Below are positions 20,733 through 31,505 of a stretch of DNA of 63,307 nt, piece after piece. The position numbers and the translations under genes were made by a program. Source of the stretch: Promethearchaeota archaeon (GTDB lineage: Archaea; Asgardarchaeota; Lokiarchaeia; Sigyniarchaeales; SOKP01); assembly GCA_029838195.1 (NCBI GenBank), contig JALGVJ010000023.1, positions 1 through 63,307 on the forward strand, read 5' to 3'. Position 1 is the stretch's first letter, and the number at the start of each line of letters is the position of its first letter. The notes beneath the pieces were generated by a model. It saw only the letters and a list, made by a program, of their open reading frames with translations. It did no database searches and was not told the origin of the DNA.

Positions 20733-20854
20733 AACTAAATTTTTTTTATTCTATTCTAATTTCTATTTATTCATTCTTTCTTTCATTCTTTTCTCAGATT
20801 TAATATAATCTAAGAACATTTATTTTGAGATAAAAAAATGATTGTATCTTTTGA

Positions 20855-22921
20855 TTAATTGCTAATGTTAAATTTAGCTTTTAAAAGATCTTGTGGTTTA
20901 GAGGAAGATCCTAGTAATAATTCATATTCAGAAGGTTCTATTATCCATTTATTCTTTTCCGCATCGAAAAAAGCTAAATTATCCGTATTTAATGTTAATG
21001 TGCAAGTTTTAGTTTCACCCGGCTGTAAAGCGATTTTTTTAAAGCCTTTTAATTCTTTAACGGCTCTCTCTATTGAAGGGTTTTTATAACCGACGTAGAG
21101 TTGCGCAATTTCCTCGCCAAACATTTTACCCTGATTGGTAATATCGAACTTGATGGTAATGGAATCTCCTTTTGTCACGTTTGAAGAATCCAAGCGTAAA
21201 TTATAGTAGGTAAAATAGGTATAACTCAACCCGTGACCGAAATAAAAAGTAGGTTCAAATTTCTGTTTGTCCATCAATCTATAGCCGTGGTAATATCCAT
21301 ATTCGATTTCTTCAGCTTCTCTATCAAAATAAGGAAGTTGGTCTTGAGATTTTGGAAATGTCACAGGCAATTTAGCCGAAGGATTAACATCTCCGAAAAT
21401 GATTTCCCCAATAGCAGTTCCTTCTTCCATTCCAGCATACCATGCCATTAATATTGCTTTGCAAGATTCTTTCCAAGACTCCATGATGATAGCACTTCCT
21501 CCTTTCATTACTACAATGCAATTAGGATTTATCTCGGATACTTTTAAAATTAATTCTTCATCTACAGGACGCAAGGTTAAGGAAACTCTATCTCCTCCAA
21601 CCGTTCGAATATATTCTCCCTCATCTCGATGGGTATATCCTACCACGATAATTATTGCATCCGCAGTTCGAATATCTTCAACATTTTCTTGAATATTCTT
21701 ACCTTCATTATATATAACTTGAATATTCTTACTCGCACTTCTTTTTATTCCTTCCAGAGGAGTAACAACGTAGGGAGGATAGACTCTACTGCTCCCGTGA
21801 TCGCCCGTATTTTCCATGCTAGCCAGTTTGCCCAAAACTACAATTTTTTTAATTGAATGTCTATCTAAAGGAAGCAAGTTGTTTTGATTTTTTAACAAGA
21901 CAATGCTTTTTCTTGCAGCTTCAAGAGCCAATTGAATATGTTCTTTACATGAAATTCTATCCGTGGTATAAATCGTAGGATCTATGCTTGATTCAAATTG
22001 TATGAGCATCCTTAAGATCCTTAAAACTGAATCGTTAATTTGTTCTTCCGTGATATCTCCATTTTTCAGGTATTGCATTAATTTTTTTGGCTTCATTTTC
22101 CATTGAAAAGGCATTTCAATATCCACGCCAGCATTTACAGCCTGCTTTCCATCCCGAATACCGAAAAGGAAATCCGTGATGACAAATCCTCTAAACCCCC
22201 AATCTTGCTTCAAAATTTCCGTTAATAAATGACGATTATGCCCACAATAATGGCCATTAACTTTATTATAAGCGCTCATTATCGAAGCAACTCCAGCATC
22301 AACGCATTTTTTAAAATGGGGTAAATATATTTCTCTCAATGTTCTCTCATTAATCTTCACGTTTACTTTAAACCGAGCATTTTCCATGCTATTACACGCA
22401 TAATGTTTCGCACACGCCATTACGTGTTTCTGAACACCCCTCACGAGCGCAGCCCCCATCTCGCCTAAATGATACGGATCCTCACCGTACGTTTCTTGAG
22501 CTCGTCCCCATGCCGGATGTCTCAGCAAGTTAATGCATACCCCTCCAAAAAAATTAGCTCCCATCGCTCTTGCCTCCATCCCAATGGCCTTTCCTATTCT
22601 TTCCTCCAGATTAATATCCCACGAGGCACCTCTTGCCATTGAGACAGGAAAACATGTAGCATTCCCCATTACGACGCCTCTTGGGCCATCTGTAAATTTA
22701 ATCCCCGGAATGCCTAATCTTTTATTAACACCTGCTGGGATGGGTTTTTTATTATATCGAATTGCCATGGAAAGTCCATTTCTTAGAAGTGTACCATCTC
22801 CAGACATTTGTTTAAGTTTCTCTTTCAAGGTCATGCGCGATAAAATTTCTCTAGCCTTTTCTTCGATCTGTTGCTCAGTTAATCTCTTGAAACTTGACCA
22901 ATTTATCTTATTTACTGACAT
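20855..22921 (-). CDS. GH3 beta-glucosidase with Fn3-like C-terminal domain, cytoplasmic
   Basis: RLGIP, TDGPRG, GRAQETYGEDP, KHYACN, MSAYN, ITDF (nucleophile Asp), FGHGLSYT, ELKGF; no signal peptide. Confidence 0.95.
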   Translation of the reverse strand: MSVNKINWSSFKRLTEQQIEEKAREILSRMTLKEKLKQMSGDGTLLRNGLSMAIRYNKKPIPAGVNKRLGIPGIKFTDGPRGVVMGNATCFPVSMARGASWDINLEERIGKAIGMEARAMGANFFGGVCINLLRHPAWGRAQETYGEDPYHLGEMGAALVRGVQKHVMACAKHYACNSMENARFKVNVKINERTLREIYLPHFKKCVDAGVASIMSAYNKVNGHYCGHNRHLLTEILKQDWGFRGFVITDFLFGIRDGKQAVNAGVDIEMPFQWKMKPKKLMQYLKNGDITEEQINDSVLRILRMLIQFESSIDPTIYTTDRISCKEHIQLALEAARKSIVLLKNQNNLLPLDRHSIKKIVVLGKLASMENTGDHGSSRVYPPYVVTPLEGIKRSASKNIQVIYNEGKNIQENVEDIRTADAIIIVVGYTHRDEGEYIRTVGGDRVSLTLRPVDEELILKVSEINPNCIVVMKGGSAIIMESWKESCKAILMAWYAGMEEGTAIGEIIFGDVNPSAKLPVTFPKSQDQLPYFDREAEEIEYGYYHGYRLMDKQKFEPTFYFGHGLSYTYFTYYNLRLDSSNVTKGDSITIKFDITNQGKMFGEEIAQLYVGYKNPSIERAVKELKGFKKIALQPGETKTCTLTLNTDNLAFFDAEKNKWIIEPSEYELLLGSSSKPQDLLKAKFNISN

Positions 22922-23166
22922 GATTAATGCATTTTTATTAAAATACTTATTAAAATTTTGCTCATCATGATTTTGCCTTAATGATTTTTCTATTAATAAT
23001 GTCCATTTAAATAACTTTATTTAACTCTTATACCATTCATTTCTGGTGTTTCTCTCCTGGAACGTTTTTTTAAAAGCAAAAATTCAGAGAACAAAATTTA
23101 AAATCTATAAATTGGTGAATTTAATATGAAGACAATAAGAATTCTACAAAGCCGCTTATTTGTTAG

Positions 23167-24663
23167 TTATTTGCCTCTTGCTTTTGGGATTAATAAAACA
23201 AAATTGCTACCTTTTTTATGATCTCCTGTTACCTTATCTTCTACCCATATCTCTCCACCATAGCTTTCAATAATTTTTTTCACTAAAAAGAGTCCTAATC
23301 CCATGCCTTTCGAATGCTTTTCTTGAATATAACCTTGATTAAAAACAAGTTCTTTCATGTCATCGGAAATTCCTCTCGCATTATCTTTAAATTCAAATTT
23401 GAAGTAATTTTTATTTTTCTTTTTTACTTGGGAGATAAATACATGAATTTTTGCAATGGAATTCCTATTATAAATAATGGCGTTAAACAAGATATTTTCA
23501 AAAACATCACGTAAGAGATCATTTCCTCGTATTTTAATACTCTCATGAGGCGTGGATAGAATAATAGAAATTTTCTTTCTAGAAAAACTATTTTTTACAA
23601 ACTCGATTGACGCTTTTAAAATTGTTATGGCATCCATGATTTTTAATGAAACCCGTGATTCATCAACTTCCGACAATTTTCTTACATTTTTGATTAGTTC
23701 TTTTCCTCTATTTACTTGTTCTTCTATAATATCTAAAAATTCAATTTTTTGTTCTTGATGATCTGCTATATTATTAAATAAAATTAATAACTCATGAGAT
23801 GATTTTATATTTTGAAGGATATTTAGTATGTCATGAGCTAATATATCTTTATAAAACGTGGCTTGTTCAAACGCCTCTCGATACTTTTTTTCTGACTCTT
23901 TTAATTTTTGTTCAGCTATTTTTTGATTTGTACTATCTCTTATTACTCCTATAAATTTATAATTATCCTTTTGAACAATAACATTTCCTCTAACATGGGC
24001 TGTAATATAATGTCCTTTTTCATGCTTTATTCTATATTCTGCCGATATGACCCTTTTTGATTTAATAGCTTCTTCTATTTCTCTTGATATTTCTGACATG
24101 TCCTCTGGATGTGCTAATTGAGAAATATTCAAACCAATTACTTGTTCTGGTCGATATCCTAACATTTCTTGAATATGGGAATTTACATAGGAAATTTTCA
24201 TTGAACCATTTACCTCCACTACGATGTCGGAGATATTATCAAGAAGTGTTGTATATTTACTTTCTGATTCTACTACTTTTCGTTTCATTTTTATTTTTTC
24301 TGAAATATCCCTACTGATACCAAATATCACTTCTTGGTTATTCCATTTAACTCGAACCGCTTTAGTTTCAACTGGAATTAATGTTCCATATATATCAATA
24401 AGAGGTATGGGACAAATATCGGTTTTTCCTTCAATTATTTGCTTGAAAATGAGACGAGCTTCTTCATGAAATTCAAGAGGATGTAAATCTACTAAATGTT
24501 TTTTTAAAATTTTTTGTTCTGAATATTTAAGACGTTTTAAAACCATGGGATTAGCTTTTAATATATTTCCTTTTAAATCTAAAACGAAAATCATATCAGT
24601 GATGGAATCAATTAAAGATTGGAGATCTTCTAATGATTCTTTTCCTAAATTGCTAACGTTCAC
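23167..24663 (-). CDS. Cytoplasmic PAS-PAS histidine kinase
   Basis: Two PAS/PAC units; H-box AHDILN, N-box FENILFNA, DNARGI, GMGLGL, GSNF. No adjacent response regulator. Confidence 0.92.
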   Translation of the reverse strand: MNVSNLGKESLEDLQSLIDSITDMIFVLDLKGNILKANPMVLKRLKYSEQKILKKHLVDLHPLEFHEEARLIFKQIIEGKTDICPIPLIDIYGTLIPVETKAVRVKWNNQEVIFGISRDISEKIKMKRKVVESESKYTTLLDNISDIVVEVNGSMKISYVNSHIQEMLGYRPEQVIGLNISQLAHPEDMSEISREIEEAIKSKRVISAEYRIKHEKGHYITAHVRGNVIVQKDNYKFIGVIRDSTNQKIAEQKLKESEKKYREAFEQATFYKDILAHDILNILQNIKSSHELLILFNNIADHQEQKIEFLDIIEEQVNRGKELIKNVRKLSEVDESRVSLKIMDAITILKASIEFVKNSFSRKKISIILSTPHESIKIRGNDLLRDVFENILFNAIIYNRNSIAKIHVFISQVKKKNKNYFKFEFKDNARGISDDMKELVFNQGYIQEKHSKGMGLGLFLVKKIIESYGGEIWVEDKVTGDHKKGSNFVLLIPKARGK

Positions 24664-25008
24664 AATATCCCCGTGAAAATATTAACCGCTTGTTATATAA
24701 TAAACAAGAAAATTCTAATATTTAACATTAATAAAATATAAAAAATTATATTATTAAATCAAAAAAAAATTAATTAGAAAAAAAATACTCACCTTTAGTA
24801 AAAGAGTCATATTTCATTGATTTTTAAATATTTTTCCATTTTTAATACTTTTTTCATAATTCTAACCAGTTCATGATAAGGAGAACACTTCAAAAATCAT
24901 GAAATAAAAGTGAATTTCCAATACTCTCATGATTTTGAGAGATTAATAAACTTAAAATTGAAGGGATTCATATTTTTTACTATAATATTAGTCCATGTGA
25001 AATCAAAC

Positions 25009-25278
25009 ATGAAGGCTATTGTTAGCGTGATTGGAATTGATAAACCGGGTATTGTTGCCGGGGTTTCTTCCGTTTTAGCAGAACATGACGTGAACATACG
25101 GGATATCTCTCAATCGTTTGCTCATGAATTCTTTACAATGATAATGGTCGTTGATTTTGAAAAAAGTACTTCTACTTTAAAAGAAGTCGCAGAAGACTTA
25201 AAAAAGGTAGGGGAAAAAATCGGTATTTTTGTATCCATTCAACATGAGGATGTATTTAAGAGAATGCATCGAATTTAA
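25009..25278 (+). CDS. ACT-domain protein (UPF0237)
   Basis: MKAIVSVIGIDKPGIVAGVS..LA...VNI.DISQ...FFTMIMVVD...QHEDVF..MHRI. Likely true start ATG 25009; adjacent to UPF0210, a common pairing. Confidence 0.9.
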   Translation: MKAIVSVIGIDKPGIVAGVSSVLAEHDVNIRDISQSFAHEFFTMIMVVDFEKSTSTLKEVAEDLKKVGEKIGIFVSIQHEDVFKRMHRI

Positions 25279-25336
25279 ATTCTAAAAATCTCGTGATTAT
25301 TAAGAGTGAAGAGTACCAATATAAGAGGTAAGAATA

Positions 25337-26794
25337 ATGACATTTTCTCCAGAAGAAGTATTAGAAACAAAAAAGATGTTTGAAGAACAAGGATTGGACG
25401 TCCGCACGATTACCATGGGCATAAATTTATTGGATTGCGTGGATAGTGCCCTTGAAATCATGCAAGAGAACATCAAGAATAAAATAATTTCTTTAGCCGA
25501 GCACCTCGATGAAGTAGCAAAATCCATTGAAGAAGATTATGGGATTCCCATTATTAATCGCAGGATTACCATTACGCCCATCTCTCTACTTTTAGGCGCT
25601 TTAAAAGAAGTTCAAGACATGCCTCTCGAAGATATTCATGCATTTAATGATCCTTTATTCCACAAATATAAAGTAGCAAGCCCTCAAATTTCTCCTGAAG
25701 TTTTAAATTCCATGACCTCCATCGCTAGAATTCTTGATGAGGCAGCTGAAAAAGTACACGTGGATTTTCTGGGAGGATTCTCCGCCTTGGTACATAAAGG
25801 CTTCACGCGAGCAGATCTCTGCGTGCTCCAAAGCCTCCCCGAGGTTTTATCCAGTACAAAATATGTGTGTAGTTCTGTTAACGTCGCTACTACTCGCTCA
25901 GGCATGAACATGAATGCTGTTAAAATGATGGGAGAAATTATTCATCAAATTGCGATGAATACTCGAGAGAATAATTCAATTGGATGTGCAAAACTCGTTG
26001 TCTTTTCTAATGCAGTTGAAGATAATCCTTTCATGGCCGGGGGATTCCATGGAATCGGAGAAGCAGAATGTTGCATAAATGTAGGCGTTTCTGGACCCGG
26101 TGTAATCCGAAACGTTGTTCGACACCTAAGAAAAACGGATTTCGAAACATTAGCGGAAAACATCAAGAAAACCGCATTTAAAATTACGAGGGTGGGACAA
26201 TTGGTGGCTCAAGAAGCAGCTAAACGTCTCGGTGTACCATTTGGTATCGTAGACGTTTCATTAGCTCCTACTACAAGACCCTACGATAGTGTGGCGGGAA
26301 TTCTAGAAGAAATGGGCTTGGAAACGGTTGGAGGGCCGGGTACTACCGCTGCTCTCGCTCTCCTAACAGATGCCGTGAAAAAAGGGGGACTCATGGCAAG
26401 CTCATATGTCGGAGGACTTTCAGGTGCGTTCATCCCTGTCAGCGAAGATAAAATTATGACCGATGCAGCTCGAAAGAGAGTTCTCACGCTCGAAAAATTA
26501 GAAGCCATGACTAGCGTCTGTTCTGTAGGTCTCGATATGATTTGCATCCCCGGTTCCACGCCACCAAGTACAATTTCCGGAATTATTGCGGACGAAGCTA
26601 CCATTGGCATGATTAACGGGAAAACCACGGGAATTAGAATTATACCCGTTATTGGTAAAGAAGCGGGGGAAGAGGTGGAATTCGGAGGATTACTAGGACG
26701 CTCCGTGGTCATGCCAGTTAAGAGAATTTCATGTGATTCTTTCATAAATCGACAAGGAAGATTTCCGGCACCCGTTCATTCCCAAAGAAATTAA
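25337..26794 (+). CDS. PFL-family protein UPF0210 (DUF711)
   Basis: LDVRTITMGI, GIPIINRRI..TP, DNPFMAG.FHG, NVGVSGPGV, VGGLSGAFIPVSED, LEAMTSVCSVGLDM, PAPVHS.RN. Confidence 0.93.
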   Translation: MTFSPEEVLETKKMFEEQGLDVRTITMGINLLDCVDSALEIMQENIKNKIISLAEHLDEVAKSIEEDYGIPIINRRITITPISLLLGALKEVQDMPLEDIHAFNDPLFHKYKVASPQISPEVLNSMTSIARILDEAAEKVHVDFLGGFSALVHKGFTRADLCVLQSLPEVLSSTKYVCSSVNVATTRSGMNMNAVKMMGEIIHQIAMNTRENNSIGCAKLVVFSNAVEDNPFMAGGFHGIGEAECCINVGVSGPGVIRNVVRHLRKTDFETLAENIKKTAFKITRVGQLVAQEAAKRLGVPFGIVDVSLAPTTRPYDSVAGILEEMGLETVGGPGTTAALALLTDAVKKGGLMASSYVGGLSGAFIPVSEDKIMTDAARKRVLTLEKLEAMTSVCSVGLDMICIPGSTPPSTISGIIADEATIGMINGKTTGIRIIPVIGKEAGEEVEFGGLLGRSVVMPVKRISCDSFINRQGRFPAPVHSQRN

Positions 26795-26840
26795 AATTCC
26801 TTTCCAAGAAAATTTAAATGAATTAGAAAGAAGATTCAAA

Positions 26841-28361
26841 TTAAATGGATAACTCCTTGCCATTGGGAAGCGTGACGCCTCCTTGAGAAATCCCTTCTTG
26901 TTTCACATAATATTCAAAACTTCTTTTATCCACTTCCTCCAGATAATTTTGGAGCTCTTGGTCAATTTCTCGTGGAAGAGTGTATTCTTTGAAGCTTGCT
27001 AATAATTTCTCTACTTTTTCTTTAGCAACATCAATGAGTGTTTTTGCCCCCTTTTTATACCACGTGGTTCTGCGCGTTCTATCAGCCAAGGAAGGCATGT
27101 ATAATTCTTTTCTAAAATGTTTTGAGGTATGAATTTCATTCAAAAATATTTTTCCTTTAGCACTACTGGTTGCAACTCTTTTTATTATATCAAAAGCAAG
27201 GGTCTCTTCATCCACTTTAATACCTTCCGCAGCTCGTAAGGCCATTCCCATGAGCTCATTATCTATGGGGAGTAATTCTAATGCTCCTGCTAAAGTGGCT
27301 TCGTAGGTTCCTGCACACGTGATAAAATTAATTCCCGATTGAGTAGCAAACAATAATGTTTGAAATCGCTCGATTCCATTCTGCATGTCTAAAGCTTTCG
27401 AATCCGTCACGCCTCCTAACGATCTGGAAGGAATCTTATAAAATTGCGCCATTTGCGCCATGGCCGTCGTAATAAGTCCCGTTTCAATTGCGCCAATTGC
27501 GGAATTTCCCGTTCGCATGTCCGTGGTGTGAGAAACGGTGCCATAAAAAACTGGTGTTCCTGGATTATATAGCTGTGCCAACAAGATCGCTCCTAAAATT
27601 TCTGCATTGGTTTGAGCCACTAGTCCAGCTAATGTAATAGGAGCGCTAGTACCCCCTAACGCTTCTGGTGCGATAATTAAGGGTTGGTTATATTTAGCAT
27701 ATATTTCTAAACCATTTGTCATAATTTTAGGAAGATGCAAGGGGCTTGTAGGGTTAAAAATGCCGAAGATTCTAGGTTTTTTTTTCAATTTTTCTTCTCC
27801 ACCAGCTATAATAGATGCCATGTTCATGGAATCTTGGCTTACAACTTTTCCATAACATCCAAAACCAAAAGGTTTATGCGAATTTTTCGCCCAATGATAC
27901 ATGCAAGCCGCATGAATCGTGGTATATTTAATATCTCCCGGCCAAATATCAATTTGTGAGGCAGAAATGTTTTCTAATTGGTTCACTACCCGCATGAAAT
28001 TAATAGTATCTGCGAGCACGGACTTTCGAACTAATTTTTTCTTAGTTGGGTCGTGAATCTTCACAGCGGCTCCAATGGTTAAAAAATGAGTACTGGTAGG
28101 AGAAATATCTAAATATTTCGTTCCTTCTCGATAATGCAACTTGAAATTCGAAGGTACTTTTTTTAAATACTTTTTGATTAAGGACTCCGAAAATTTAACA
28201 AAAAGAGTCTTAGAATCTATTTCAACATTAAATTGTTTCAGAAATTCGAGCACCTCCATGGAATCTATCTTAATTCCCACTTCTGATAATAATCGCATGG
28301 AGGTTTCATGAATGCGTTCTATTTCCTCATTAGATAAAACTTTAAATTTATTTAATTTCAT
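26841..28361 (-). CDS. Trimethylamine methyltransferase (MttB) superfamily, non-pyrrolysine
   Basis: IHETSMRLLSEVG, PTSPL, GGTSAPITLAG, NAEIL, PGTPVFYG, DSKALDMQ.G.E; no in-frame TAG. Confidence 0.9.
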   Translation of the reverse strand: MKLNKFKVLSNEEIERIHETSMRLLSEVGIKIDSMEVLEFLKQFNVEIDSKTLFVKFSESLIKKYLKKVPSNFKLHYREGTKYLDISPTSTHFLTIGAAVKIHDPTKKKLVRKSVLADTINFMRVVNQLENISASQIDIWPGDIKYTTIHAACMYHWAKNSHKPFGFGCYGKVVSQDSMNMASIIAGGEEKLKKKPRIFGIFNPTSPLHLPKIMTNGLEIYAKYNQPLIIAPEALGGTSAPITLAGLVAQTNAEILGAILLAQLYNPGTPVFYGTVSHTTDMRTGNSAIGAIETGLITTAMAQMAQFYKIPSRSLGGVTDSKALDMQNGIERFQTLLFATQSGINFITCAGTYEATLAGALELLPIDNELMGMALRAAEGIKVDEETLAFDIIKRVATSSAKGKIFLNEIHTSKHFRKELYMPSLADRTRRTTWYKKGAKTLIDVAKEKVEKLLASFKEYTLPREIDQELQNYLEEVDKRSFEYYVKQEGISQGGVTLPNGKELSI

Positions 28362-28473
28362 GAACAGTCGAGATGTGATGATAATTTTTAATTAACTCAT
28401 AGTTCAATTAATAGTTTTTGATACTCGAAATAAAATAAAAAAAATTTTGAACGTTTTCATATTTTATTAACGC

Positions 28474-29697
28474 ATGATAAACTTCGAACAACAAATTTTG
28501 AAAAAAATTAAAGAAATGAAAGAGAACATCATTGCTTTTCACCAAGATATCGTTCGCATTCCTTCCGAAAATCCCCCAGGTAAATATAAAAAAATTTCTA
28601 ATTTCATTGAAAGCAAATTTAAAGAATTAGGGCTTTCCACCCTTACCAAGAGAAAAAACGTGATTGGCACGCTGAAAAATGGTGAAGGTCCTGCTCTTAT
28701 CGTGTATGGCCACATGGATACAGTTCCCGCTCTTGAAGGATGGACTCGAGATCCTTTTGGTGCTGAATTGAGGGATGGAAAGATTCATGGAAGAGGGGCT
28801 TGTGACGATAAAGCATGCGTGACTGCCGAATTCTTTGCGACCAAGGTTTTACTTGAGCTCGGAATTGAGTTAAAAGGAACCCTTAATTTGCTTTCAGTCG
28901 TTAACGAAGAAACCGGTGGATTTAATGGTGCTAAATATTTAGTAGAACACGGATACGTCGCGGGAGATGGATGTTTATTAGGAGATGGCCGAGGTGGATA
29001 TCCTGCTTTCTGTAGTGGAGGATTTGCACTCCTAACTTTTGACATTTGTGGCAAAACAGCTCACGCTCTGAATTTTCCCGATTTACCCCCTCCGTATCGT
29101 AATGAATCCTCCGGAATTAATGCCATTAAAAAAATGATAAAAGTGTTAAATTTCTTAGAGCACCTTCAAGAAGAGTTTCTTAAAACCGAAACTAAATTTC
29201 CAAATTTTCCTGGCCATCCTTCAAAAATCACCACCGTGAACCTTTCCAAAATTCTAGGAGGAGAAAAAATGTCAGGAGTTCCCGATACATGCAAACTATT
29301 TTGCGTGTTAAATACGATTCCCGAACAAGACGTGGGAAGTATCAAGAAACGAATCGAAAATTTCGTTGAGAAAGCTAAAACTGAAGATCCTTATCTTAAT
29401 TTAAACGTCCATTGCGCCTTTTCGTTTGAACCTTTCATTACGGATACGAATACAAGAATCGCTAAAGCTGTAAGAAAAGCTATGAAAATTACTCATGGAG
29501 AAGAGAGAGAATTCAAAATGTTTCAAGCCGCTAATGATGGGCATTTTTTTGCTGAACAAGGCATTCCTACCATTATGGTAGGGACAGGAACTCATAAAAA
29601 CAATGTGCATGCTCCCAATGAATTCGTGCACGTGGAAGAACTACTCGATACAGTAAAAATCTTTGCTTTAACCATTTATAATTTCTTTAGTGAATGA
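28474..29697 (+). CDS. M20 metallopeptidase/deacylase (ArgE/DapE-like)
   Basis: IPSENPPG, GHMDTVP, GRGACDDK, NEETGG, GKTAH, HAPNE. Confidence 0.92.
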   Translation: MINFEQQILKKIKEMKENIIAFHQDIVRIPSENPPGKYKKISNFIESKFKELGLSTLTKRKNVIGTLKNGEGPALIVYGHMDTVPALEGWTRDPFGAELRDGKIHGRGACDDKACVTAEFFATKVLLELGIELKGTLNLLSVVNEETGGFNGAKYLVEHGYVAGDGCLLGDGRGGYPAFCSGGFALLTFDICGKTAHALNFPDLPPPYRNESSGINAIKKMIKVLNFLEHLQEEFLKTETKFPNFPGHPSKITTVNLSKILGGEKMSGVPDTCKLFCVLNTIPEQDVGSIKKRIENFVEKAKTEDPYLNLNVHCAFSFEPFITDTNTRIAKAVRKAMKITHGEEREFKMFQAANDGHFFAEQGIPTIMVGTGTHKNNVHAPNEFVHVEELLDTVKIFALTIYNFFSE

Positions 29698-29963
29698 TTT
29701 TTTCATGGATTTTTTAAAGGGGAAAAAAAAAGGTATTATTTTTTCCTTCTTTCCTAAAAACTTGATGCGAACCTCATTAAAATATTAAGTTTCGGCTCTT
29801 TCCTCTAATATTGTAAAGTAAACTGCTTTCGAATGACATCATTTTTGCACATTTATTACTGAACTTAATTTTTCTATTTTCTCTTTTTTCCTTAAATTAT
29901 AAATTATCTTTATTATTTTTCTATTCATTTCAAGAACTTTAATAATATAATGAGAAAAAATAC

Positions 29964-31505
29964 ATGAAAATAATTATTATTGGCTCTGGCATCGCTGGCT
30001 TATCTGCCGCTGCATATTTGGCTCGAGAAGGTCATGACGTCATCATCTACGAATATTTTTTTAAGATTGGAGGCGTTACTGCTACGATTCACCAGAATGG
30101 ATATTCTTGGGATCTTGGTCCTTTATTATTAGGAGGTCTGGCACCTCATGAAGATTTAGGCATCATTCTTGAAGAATTAGGCATTGCAGAAAAAGTCGAA
30201 CTCGTCCGAGAAGATCGCGGGCAATGGTTTCCTGATTTCCAAATATGGCCCCCCAAGGAGTATAAAGGCCCAAAATGGAGAAGAGAATATTTGAAAGAAA
30301 TTTTTCCTGAAGATAGCGAAGGTTTAGATAACTACTACGAATTTTATGATAAGATGGTAGAAATTAATTATATAATTAATCAAAGAGTACGAACAAAAGG
30401 TTTGAAAGCATTCCTCCTCAAACTAAAACTCTTATTTAAATTCTTTAAAGTAAAAAAATATCAAAACATGAGTGCTGCCGATGTCTTGGATGAGTTCTTT
30501 ACGAATCCCAAATTAAAAGCGGTGTACGCCGGCATTCTCGCCGATATGGTCGTTAAACCCAGTGAATTCCCAGGGCTAGGCGTGCCGCTAACAAATATCG
30601 AAACTGCTTTTGATAAACGCATTCCCATCGATGCCAAATGGGGGAAACGTCCGATTTACATGTACGTGAAACATGGATGTGAAACGTTAGTACATGCATT
30701 TGCCGATTATATCACGGCTCATGGAGGAAAAATTCATATCAATAGCACGGTTGAGAAAATCTTGATCCAAAATAATCAAGCCGTGGGCATCAAATTAAAA
30801 AATGGCCAAGAAGAGTACGCCGACATCGTCATTGCCAGTGGAGGAATGTTTAATACCTTTTTCAATCTCATCGGAAAAGAACACCTGCCCGATGATCTGA
30901 TTCACCTCATTGAAACTAGATTATTAATGGAATCGGTGTTCATGGTCCATCTCGGTGTCGACATGGATCCAACTAAATTTCATCGAGCTGCATTATGCTA
31001 CTATTACCTCACCTATGATATTGAAGAAGGAGTTGAACGCTGCCGCAGAGGCATCTATCACGAAGGAAAAGATGGCTTTGTAATCTATATTTATTCCATG
31101 CACTCCCCCGATATGGCACCCCCTGGAAAACATGCCATTACCATTTATACCATTGCTCCCCGTAAATTAAAAGAAAGCTCATGGGAAGATAAAAAAGAAG
31201 AATTTTGCAATAAATTAATCAAGGAAGCGGAAAAATTTCTTCCCGGACTGTTCGAAAGCATCGAAACGAAAATCATCATGACTCCCGAAGATTTCAAAAA
31301 ACGGATTAATGTTTGCACTCATAGCTTCGGGGGCACGGCTCCCGTCATGAATATGAAAAACCCAGCCCATCAAACCCCTATTAAAAACTTATTTTATATC
31401 GGAGCTTACAGTGAATCAGGTGGGGGTGTAGCTGGCGCCGCTGCAGGAGCACGAAATGTCGTGCTTAAAATGATCCTAAAAAAAAATGAACGAACAATTC
31501 TATAA
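29964..31505 (+). CDS. FAD-dependent oxidoreductase, phytoene desaturase/CrtI-like family
   Basis: IIGSGIAGLSAAAYLA.EG, GYSWDLGP, SVFMVHLG, PDMAPPGK, TPEDF, TPIKNLFYIG. Confidence 0.88.
   Translation: MKIIIIGSGIAGLSAAAYLAREGHDVIIYEYFFKIGGVTATIHQNGYSWDLGPLLLGGLAPHEDLGIILEELGIAEKVELVREDRGQWFPDFQIWPPKEYKGPKWRREYLKEIFPEDSEGLDNYYEFYDKMVEINYIINQRVRTKGLKAFLLKLKLLFKFFKVKKYQNMSAADVLDEFFTNPKLKAVYAGILADMVVKPSEFPGLGVPLTNIETAFDKRIPIDAKWGKRPIYMYVKHGCETLVHAFADYITAHGGKIHINSTVEKILIQNNQAVGIKLKNGQEEYADIVIASGGMFNTFFNLIGKEHLPDDLIHLIETRLLMESVFMVHLGVDMDPTKFHRAALCYYYLTYDIEEGVERCRRGIYHEGKDGFVIYIYSMHSPDMAPPGKHAITIYTIAPRKLKESSWEDKKEEFCNKLIKEAEKFLPGLFESIETKIIMTPEDFKKRINVCTHSFGGTAPVMNMKNPAHQTPIKNLFYIGAYSESGGGVAGAAAGARNVVLKMILKKNERTIL

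Noticed and set aside
24910-25008. N-terminal extension of the ACT protein
   Set aside because: Family similarity begins at ATG 25009; the upstream part looks like promoter sequence.
26841-28361. Pyrrolysine or selenocysteine recoding
   Set aside because: MttB is open without an in-frame TAG; stops in the pseudogenes are mixed TAA/TGA with deletions, consistent with decay rather than recoding.
29964-31505. Carotenoid biosynthesis cluster
   Set aside because: CrtI-like oxidoreductase is alone; no phytoene synthase or cyclase nearby, and the family has many non-carotenoid members.
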